DNA of 59,884 nucleotides, the filler included, from an uncultured Candidatus Sumerlaeota bacterium (lineage in GTDB: Bacteria; CAYMEV01), in assembly GCA_964389675.1 (NCBI GenBank). It is 12 parts of 12 records of this genome, joined end to end, with 100 filler letters (N's around TTAATTAATTAA, not from the genome) between each part and the next. Parts side by side here need not be neighbours in the genome. Positions count along the whole stretch, not along the records: positions 51,961 to 55,215 come from CAYMEV010000055.1; positions 55,316 to 57,874 come from CAYMEV010000057.1; positions 57,975 to 59,884 come from CAYMEV010000058.1; 9 more parts are not named here. One strand, 5' to 3'. Of this stretch, positions 52,208 through 59,884 are shown one piece after another. The notes beneath the pieces were generated by a model that did no database searches, was not told where the DNA came from, and was given only the letters and a program-made list of their open reading frames with translations. The position numbers were made by a program, and so were the translations under genes. How positions within the stretch are numbered: position 1 is the stretch's first letter; each line of letters begins with the position of its first letter.

Positions 52208-53683
52208 TCATGGAAACACGTAAAATTTAATGCCTTCATAGGCGTACTGCGGCAGGTTCTCTATTATGTAATCCCTTTCCACCTCGCTTATGGTATACAG
52301 ATATCCTCCCCTTTGGGTATGAAAAAATCTATATACCGCCATGGTATCCACAGGCCGGATGCCTGGGCCGTACACATAAAATTTGATTCCTTCATACGTG
52401 TAATGGGGCAGGTTGGCTAAAATATTGTCCCTTTCGATTTCACTGATAGTATAGAGATGATTGCCCGTTTTTGTGTTAAAAAATCGGTAGACAGGCTTGG
52501 TATTGTCTTTCTGTGAGTCATAAACAAAAAATTTAATACCCTCAAATGAGTAGTAAGGCAGGTTTTCTATGATAAAATCGCGTTCTCTATCGTTTATAGT
52601 ATAGAAATGCCCTCCACTCAGTGTATTGAAGAAACGATATACAGCAGCCAGGGGAGGATGGCAAATAGTTCTCGTATACAGGCCATCATCCGTTGCTGCA
52701 TAGATGGTATGCCTGGAACGGATGTCAATAGCCACATCGTTTACTGGAACATATGGCAACCCTTCATTAAATTCTATCCATGTTTGCCCTCTATCTGTGC
52801 TTTTATAAACGCCCTTACTGCTGCTACCGCCCATCGACACATACACAACATCCAGCGAATAAGGGTATATTGCGATACCATAGATATCATCGAATGTTCC
52901 GGGATCTATGTTTGTCCACGTGTCTCCTGCGTTGGAGGATACAAATATCCTTGGAGAATCACGAAAAGCAGAAATATAAAGAATATTTGAGCAAAAGGGA
53001 TGAACTTCTATGTTGCCAATTTCAGAAACATGTGGGTAGATATCTCCTGTTGGTACCCAGTTAATGCCGCCATCAACACTCTTTATGATTTTACGTGAAT
53101 AGTAATCATACGTATATACTGTGTCCAAGATAAGGGGATCTGCCTGCAAGGTGTATGGCCTGGGGGGATGAATAAAAAACCAGTAATCACCGCCGTCCAC
53201 TGTTTTGTAAATGCCATTGTAGTCTGCGGCATATAGGTTGTTGTGATTTTGCGGATCAATTGTAATGTCATAGACATTCTTGCCTTCAACTCCGTCAGGA
53301 ATGCCGTTGTTCTTTGCCTCCCAGGTATACCCGCCATCAACACTTTTTAGCACTCCGCCTCCACTTACTGCTGGGATATATATGATTTGAGGATTAACCG
53401 GATCTATGCATATGTCGTTGAACGGGTAATTATAAGTTGAGCCATCGGGTAGATTTCTTGAGAACCACGTGTTACCCCCGTCCTTGCTTACATATATTTT
53501 TCCATCACCTTCATTTACTCTAACATACAGATTATTCGAATTCGTCGGGTCTATGGCTATGCTTTGCGTATACATAACATCTGGAATTTCTATTTTGGTC
53601 CATGTATCTGTTGCGCAATATGCAATCGCCTGCATAACGAAAAAACATGCAATGGCCATTAAAAATACTCTTTTATAAAGCAT
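52208..53683 (-). CDS. Secreted BNR/VPS10-type beta-propeller with three C-terminal DUF5648-like repeats
   Basis: Asp-box SxDGGxTW repeats; VYRFFNT..G.HFYT...ERD three times. Confidence 0.88.
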   Translation of the reverse strand: MLYKRVFLMAIACFFVMQAIAYCATDTWTKIEIPDVMYTQSIAIDPTNSNNLYVRVNEGDGKIYVSKDGGNTWFSRNLPDGSTYNYPFNDICIDPVNPQIIYIPAVSGGGVLKSVDGGYTWEAKNNGIPDGVEGKNVYDITIDPQNHNNLYAADYNGIYKTVDGGDYWFFIHPPRPYTLQADPLILDTVYTYDYYSRKIIKSVDGGINWVPTGDIYPHVSEIGNIEVHPFCSNILYISAFRDSPRIFVSSNAGDTWTNIDPGTFDDIYGIAIYPYSLDVVYVSMGGSSSKGVYKSTDRGQTWIEFNEGLPYVPVNDVAIDIRSRHTIYAATDDGLYTRTICHPPLAAVYRFFNTLSGGHFYTINDRERDFIIENLPYYSFEGIKFFVYDSQKDNTKPVYRFFNTKTGNHLYTISEIERDNILANLPHYTYEGIKFYVYGPGIRPVDTMAVYRFFHTQRGGYLYTISEVERDYIIENLPQYAYEGIKFYVFP

Positions 53684-53695
53684 TCCCCTGCCCCC

Positions 53696-55090
53696 TTAGA
53701 TATTATTTGATTGAAAATCAGTTCTCAATGTGTGATAACTGATTCCTCCATTAACATTATGATAAAACAAGGTAATAAAATAACCTGTCTGGCAAGTTCC
53801 AGTTATATTTCTCGTATGTCTGATTAGCTTTGATTCGGATATATTGGCTAAAAAAGTTGAGTTAAATTCGGGAAGGAACTCAAAATTTGCTGATATGTTT
53901 AGGCAATTTTTACCAGGGATTTCGCCTGGTTGAATATTGCTGATTTTAAGCACAAAGCTTTGCAGATTGCATGATTCGATTCGGTGGATGACTATGAGAT
54001 CTTGATTGTCCGAATCGTCGCTCATATTGCCAGAATCCAGATGAAATACCTTGCATTCCATGGGAATAAAACAATCATTGGAATCGGTAACTTTTAGGAT
54101 TATTTTGTAGTTTAGGAAGTTATTTTCATCAGGCTCTCTGACATAGCGAATAAATGAGCAATCCTCATTGTATGGATATACACAATCCCGAACTATTGCA
54201 AGATTTCCTTGTAATGATTCACCAGGAGGTTTATACTTTAACTTAACAAATACTATGCCATGATCATACAAAAGATTACAATCGTCTTTTATCCCCTGAC
54301 TATAGCGCAAGGTATTGCTTTCATTGCCCATTTGATGAATATATAAAACATCATCATTTTGCGTTGTTATTCCGACACATTGCACCACTAAATCATATGT
54401 CAAGGCTTTTTTGGAAACTCCCATATAGTGTACCGAATTTGAGTAAATATAATCATTGCCATTCCTTGGAAAACGCAATCCATTAGAATAAGTATAAGCG
54501 ATACTATAAGATATGGCATTAATTGAGCTATGAAAAGAAAGCTTTAGTGCTCTAAAAGTTGAACGATCCAGTTCATTGACTTTGTAAGTATAGCCAAATA
54601 TTAACCAGCACATTTTCCCTTGCTCAGATATTGGCGCCAAGGTGAGTTTTCTAAAAAGATGGACATTTTCCCACAATGAGCCGGTAAAGGAATCATAATT
54701 TAACAATGTCCAATTATCATCAAATACAAAGTAATATATTTTGCTTCCATCAGGATATTTCTTGCCATATCCTATGAATACAAAAAATCTCGGAGGAGTA
54801 CCTGTTCTGTCGTCAAAGAGAGCAATAGATGCACTTTTATAATCCGTTGGAATTGATACAGATAGCTCTTCATCATACCCAATGCTCCAAGCTTGCTCAT
54901 CTGGCAGGAATTCACAGATAGTAAGATAAAGCTTAGGATTACAGTTATCTTTAGGAACTTCGCTTAGAAAGGCTAAAACTCTGTCTCCTTCTTGTTCAAG
55001 TGGCAGCGAGTTATTTTTAAAGGTAGCAAGCGGAAGTGACTTGATTTTGTCTGCTTCAAGGATAATCCGGTTAGATAAAAGGTCTGGCAT
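53696..55090 (-). CDS. Hypothetical protein
   Basis: About 464-aa ORF; GGAGG RBS before MPDLL. Confidence 0.7.
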   Translation of the reverse strand: MPDLLSNRIILEADKIKSLPLATFKNNSLPLEQEGDRVLAFLSEVPKDNCNPKLYLTICEFLPDEQAWSIGYDEELSVSIPTDYKSASIALFDDRTGTPPRFFVFIGYGKKYPDGSKIYYFVFDDNWTLLNYDSFTGSLWENVHLFRKLTLAPISEQGKMCWLIFGYTYKVNELDRSTFRALKLSFHSSINAISYSIAYTYSNGLRFPRNGNDYIYSNSVHYMGVSKKALTYDLVVQCVGITTQNDDVLYIHQMGNESNTLRYSQGIKDDCNLLYDHGIVFVKLKYKPPGESLQGNLAIVRDCVYPYNEDCSFIRYVREPDENNFLNYKIILKVTDSNDCFIPMECKVFHLDSGNMSDDSDNQDLIVIHRIESCNLQSFVLKISNIQPGEIPGKNCLNISANFEFLPEFNSTFLANISESKLIRHTRNITGTCQTGYFITLFYHNVNGGISYHTLRTDFQSNNI

Positions 55091-55160
55091 AATGAAAACC
55101 TCCATTTCTTTATAAAATACTACCAAAAATCAAAATTGTCAAATTGATGGCAGCGATGAC

Positions 55161-55215
55161 TGTCTGGCGACAAATATTCCTACTCACTAACGACAAATAA
55201 AAATACCCAATTTAA
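55161..55215 (+). mobile_element. IS21-family-like terminus
   Basis: Starts TG; internal repeat CGACAAATA twice; 55 nt to contig edge. Confidence 0.6.
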
Positions 55216-55315
55216 NNNNNNNNNNNNNNNNNNNNNNNNNNNNNNNNNNNNNNNNNNNNTTAATTAATTAANNNNNNNNNNNNNNNNNNNNNNNNNNNNN
55301 NNNNNNNNNNNNNNN

Positions 55316-57819
55316 TATCATCCCCTGTCCAGCTAATGAACTCATAGCCTTCAATATCTGAGACAGATATGGAAACAGGCTCTCCTTCAATATAATTACC
55401 TGTTCCTGTAAAAACTGCCCCTATGCCTTCAGGGTCTGAATCCAGTGCTAAATTATATGTTTCTGAAAAATGAGCAGTGATCTTTAGTGGATATTCTGGC
55501 ATTATAATACATGTCTGTTGATTATAGTAATTATCTATTTGACAGTTTTCGGATGTTACCCAGTACGAGAACTCATATCCGCATTCTTGTTCAGCAAAAA
55601 TGTTATAGGTCATACCTATCTCATAATAGTCGCTACAATTATCTGAGAATGCATTACCTGCTTCTGCAGGTTCAGTATTAATTGTTACTTTAGGCTTAAA
55701 ATAAGCTGTTAAATTAACGACATAGCTTGGCATAATGAATTCTATTATTGGATTAGAAGGATCTACAATCTCAATTTCATCGGAATCCCAGTAAGAAAAG
55801 CAGTAATCTTCCATTGGAATTGCTGATACATTTATAATATTACCAATTTCAAAATAGTTATTATAGTAATTGTCTGAGATATGAATTATCCCTCCATTCA
55901 AGGGGTTTATTGAAGTTACTATATGATTGAAATATCCAAATTGTGCCTCAAGGTGAACGTTTCTATCAGGCATTTCAAAAGTGTTAGTAAAACTATTTAG
56001 GTTAATAGGAAGAGAAGTTTCAGAAGGAATATCTGTATTGAGATCTCTCCAGCAGATAAAATTCTCAGGATCTGCTGTGATTGTAACTTCATCTCCTTGT
56101 GAATAATAGCCAGAACCATAGACTTCACCACAGCTGGATTGCAATTTTGATAGATTTACTTTATTTCCAAAAACAGCTGTTAAAATGAAATCATCACAAT
56201 AATTATTGCCAATTATCAGTGTAGTTTCTGTTGAATTCGGATCAATAATTGTATGATTACCTGAAATATTCCATTCTGCAAAGGGAATACTAGGGTGAGG
56301 TTCGGCAGATATTAATAATTCTCGTCCTGGCAAAAAGGGGCCTATTAATGTTCCATGTTCAATAATCTCACCATCAATAGTAATAACTCTAGCATCTTCC
56401 GGACTTTTTAATAATATTCCCTGTATCATCATCCCACATCCCTCATCATGCCGCACATAATTAGATACGTGATATGCTGAAAAGTTTATGGTTTTTGCAT
56501 TATTATGGCTGCAGGTCCCGTCATCATATAATTCGCCTGTATATGCACCCCCTAGCATAGCGTCTTCGTCTGTATTAGAGAACCTTCCTATTCTCGTATA
56601 ATTAGTATTTGCTTGATTCATTACAGTAGCATACGGGTTGCCATTAGAAGGTAGATAAAAAACATATGCTTTTGAATAGCCTTTCTTAGAATTTATATCC
56701 ATATATCTTTTGTACATTTGTGGTCCTGGATATCTTAAGTTATTCTGATGATGCCCTGCTCCAAGGTTATGCCCTATCTCATGCACAAATGTTAATAAAT
56801 AATCATATATGTCTAGAGGTTGATTCCGAGAAAGCGTAGTAGCGCTTAAAAAGTAGCTATCACGAGAATAATCGGGGGTAAAATAATTATATGATATATA
56901 TAAATCTCCTTCTAAAAGATGGTTAAATATTTCTTCTTGTTTAAGTGCATAGCCTTTGCCTAGAACGCCTTCCCCTCTTCCTCGTAGTAAAATTGAGACT
57001 AGATCTGCTTTTGCAATTTCTCTTTCCAAGAAAATCTCATCCATGTAACCATCATTTTTGCCAAATAATCTAGAAATATCTTCATTAAAGTCAAATGTCT
57101 CTATATAGCTAATTTCTCTATTATGAACAAGATTGATGTTAATATTTATTAGACTTTCATCAAGTGTATCATTAAGATATGCCATAATAAATGACATAAA
57201 ATTATCAACACCTCCCCCATATTCATGTATTATGTAGTCTTTTGCAGAACTAGTATAAATTATCATTAGATCTAACGGATCATCAGGAATATTGTCTTGA
57301 GAAGGGATAGCGAAGTGTGCATCAAGAAATACAGGGTAGTCAGGCATCTCAAATTCAATAAATCTCTGTCTGCTTACAATGCTTCCGTTTAATTTCCAAA
57401 AACTAAAAAAATTGAATTCATTATATAGATTATCTGGTGTAGCTCCATTTGCTACAGGTATTCTATCTGGTTGCACATAGAACATTAATGTCTCTCATGG
57501 AGGATGATTTTTACAATAACCATTAGGGTAATACGATTTGTCGCCTAGCTTTAATAGTTCATTGTTCAGGGGATCCGGATTTTTACTTCCCACTTTTACA
57601 ATGGTATGAGTATATATTGGTTGGGAGTTTACTGTTAGGCTGTAAGTATCCTTTTTTTTTAAGTTATTTACAAAATAGCTTTTATTTTTTAATGTATAAA
57701 GCTCCATTGCATAAGATTTTGCAGAAAAAAGAATATTTGTGGGGATTTCTAGAATAGGAAAATCAAATTCTATTGAATTTGTATTAAAATTTTTCAGATA
57801 GTCTGAAAATCTTGTATTG
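55316..57819 (-). pseudogene. Reprolysin/M12-like metzincin with InlB-B-type repeats, interrupted by an element and an in-frame TGA
   Basis: HEIGHNLGAGH, Met-turn TVM, repeats with GYEFxxW; ORFs 57495..57869 and 55260..57485 are in the same frame. Confidence 0.8.
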
Positions 57820-57874
57820 TTACCTAAAAATCTCTTATAGCAAAGATATTTTTCAATATTAGGACACATGACAC
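57820..57874 (-). mobile_element. End of unassigned repeated element
   Basis: Reverse complement identical to 34351-34405. Confidence 0.75.
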
Positions 57875-57974
57875 NNNNNNNNNNNNNNNNNNNNNNNNNN
57901 NNNNNNNNNNNNNNNNNNTTAATTAATTAANNNNNNNNNNNNNNNNNNNNNNNNNNNNNNNNNNNNNNNNNNNN

Positions 57975-58612
57975 CGGAAGATATGCGTCCGTTACATAAT
58001 TATTTCTCTGAGGGTTCCATGCTGAGTATGGCCAATACCTGCCATCATTTTTAAGACATGCATCAAACAGAGTAATCATCACTATAACATTATTATCCCT
58101 TGCTTCTCTCAGGATATCCTGCATTCGGTCTGGATACTGTTTAATACCCTCAAAGTCATAATCAGGCCAGGAATCCAGCTCATAAGTATAATTAACAGGG
58201 TCTGTCTCCATATAATTAGTGCACTTAAAGGGCTGCTGCTCTCTCATGGCATATAAAGAATAAGAGTTTAGTTTGTCCCGAATACTGGATGGGGGTCATC
58301 ACCTGCTTTCCATGTCCCGGCTGTATTGGAAAAGCCTTCCATCCATATCCTAAGGAAATTTGACTTTGTATCCCCTGTACCGTTCACAAGAACACCGAAA
58401 TTATTTGGAAAAAGCTCATTGTAAATGAGGGGGTCGCTGATATAATGATACTCAGATGTCCCCCTCAAGACTATCCTCTCATCATCAAGAAATAATGAGA
58501 AGTCATTGACCCTCAGCCTCTCCTGTGATGGGAGAAACTGCCCAAACAAAGACAGACATGAAAAAACAAGAATAAAAGCCGATAATAGAAGCCTTTTAAT
58601 TAAATTGAACAC
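57975..58612 (-). pseudogene. GH-A-like gene (locus C), partial, frameshifted by a 5-bp tandem duplication
   Basis: AAACT-AAACT at 58265-58274; removing one copy gives FGTNSYSLYAMREQQPF. Confidence 0.85.
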
Positions 58613-58839
58613 AATATTACCTCCTAAAAATATTATTAAAAAACAGGAAAATGCACGGATATCCCTGTTAATAATATAATAATTACAATTCTAAGTAATT
58701 TATTTTTTTTTTTCAATATTTTTAAATATGATATTATTATTAGGAATGAAGAAGCATTACTTTTTAGGCAGATGGACATTGACTGATATGCATATTTGAT
58801 ATATTATAAATTAAAGGTATATGGAGATGGAGGTGCTTT
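58613..58839. promoter_or_regulatory. Divergent promoter region of locus C, with A11 tract and CCGTGC-loop hairpin (58643-58668)
   Basis: Minus strand TTGAAA-N17-TAGAAT; plus strand TTGACT-N17-TATTAT. Confidence 0.72.
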
Positions 58840-59884
58840 ATGTTAAAGAACACCGCAATAATAATTATATTATTCTTTTCAAGCTCTTTTTTTGTCTTTG
58901 CCCAGGAGGCCCCCAAATTCCTGTGGGCAACCCAGGCAGGAGATGAGACCGGAGGCGGTTCTATACATGTTCATGACATTGCTGTTGATAATGACGGAAA
59001 TTCCTATATAACAGGATTTTTTATTGGTGATGCGACATTCGGGATCCCCGGGAATCCTGACTGTATTGATCTAAGTGCTGTTGAGTGGGCTGATACATTT
59101 ATTGCAAAGATCGATAATGATGGGAACTTCCTCTGGGTTAACCAGGCCGATTGTCCGCTCTCTGACCAGGCATGCAGCATTGATATTGATGAATACGGTA
59201 ATTCTTATATAACCGGATACTTCCGGGATATACTTTCCTTCGGTTCCTTTGAACTGATCTCCCGTGGCGGGGTGGACACATTCATTGCAAAGATTGACCC
59301 TGAGGGCAATTATATCTGGGCAAAGCAGGCCGGCGGAGAACGCCACGACTACGGAGAGGACATACATGTGGACTCCCAGGGCAATATCTATTTATCCGGG
59401 AATTTCGGGGGAACATGCTATTTCGGAGAGCCTGGAGATCCCGGGACTATTGAGCTTACAGCCTTAGGTAATCATCATATTACTGGCTTCATTGCAAAAA
59501 TGGATAATACAGGAAACTTTCTCTGGGCCAACCAGGCAGGGTCTTATATAGATGATCATGGCCTTTTTTCAATTAACGGCATTGATACAGACCCATCAGG
59601 CAATACATTCATAACGGGGGAATTTCCCAATACTGCTTATTTCGGCGATCCCCTATCCCTTCCGGTCATTACCCTGGAGGCCTATAATCACACCGATCTC
59701 TTTGTGGCAAAGCTTGATACCGGGGGAAATTTCCTGTGGGCAAATGGGGTTCATGGGAATGGGATTAGCTGCGGTACAGCTATAGCAGCTGATAAAGAAG
59801 GCAATGCTGTAATAGCGGGATATTTCGGTAAAACCATTTATTTCGGAGAGTCTCAGGATATCAGCCTTGTCCCGTATGGCATAA
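58840..59884 (+). CDS. Secreted SBBP beta-propeller protein (locus C), runs off window; absent from the ORF track
   Basis: GGAGG RBS, MLKNTAIII...AQEAPKFLWATQAG; frame open to window end by manual translation. Confidence 0.9.
   Translation, partial: MLKNTAIIIILFFSSSFFVFAQEAPKFLWATQAGDETGGGSIHVHDIAVDNDGNSYITGFFIGDATFGIPGNPDCIDLSAVEWADTFIAKIDNDGNFLWVNQADCPLSDQACSIDIDEYGNSYITGYFRDILSFGSFELISRGGVDTFIAKIDPEGNYIWAKQAGGERHDYGEDIHVDSQGNIYLSGNFGGTCYFGEPGDPGTIELTALGNHHITGFIAKMDNTGNFLWANQAGSYIDDHGLFSINGIDTDPSGNTFITGEFPNTAYFGDPLSLPVITLEAYNHTDLFVAKLDTGGNFLWANGVHGNGISCGTAIAADKEGNAVIAGYFGKTIYFGESQDISLVPYGI

Noticed and set aside
57495-57497. Genome-wide TGA recoding or selenocysteine
   Set aside because: TGA ends several intact genes here (8400, 17845, 25026); context is not a redox motif
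1-59884. CRISPR arrays, tRNA or rRNA genes
   Set aside because: No regularly spaced repeats or recognisable structural RNA seen by eye

Overview
This AT-rich bacterial window is not one continuous locus. It is about 12 draft contigs of decreasing length joined by artificial 100-nt N/TTAATTAATTAA/N linkers, so adjacency across a linker has no meaning. Many contigs end in about 55 bp of an insertion-sequence terminus (IS256-, IS3-, IS21-like and unassigned). Recognisable genes include vWA/VIT proteins, a THI5-like binding protein with a SpoIIE/RsbW/STAS partner-switch cluster, add, arsM, cobO, rsmB, a class II photolyase, a C25 gingipain-like protease, an RpoD-like sigma factor with altered -10 recognition residues, a decayed integron-like cassette array and many pseudogenes. 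The most striking feature is a multi-copy module of two divergent secreted-protein genes, a clan GH-A-like TIM-barrel/Ig protein and an SBBP beta-propeller/CARDB protein. It appears at three paired loci, plus two orphan 3' ends of the GH-like gene. Every visible GH-like 5' leader has a hairpin with loop CCGUGC. Three of the four visible 3' ends have a hairpin with the exactly complementary loop GCACGG on covarying stems; the fourth, diverged one has ACACGG. This suggests a conserved 5'-3' kissing-loop interaction. The copies also show A-tract promoter spacers, mosaicism, hypervariable propeller loops and 5-nt frameshift insertions. All calls come from reading the sequence by eye; no searches were run.
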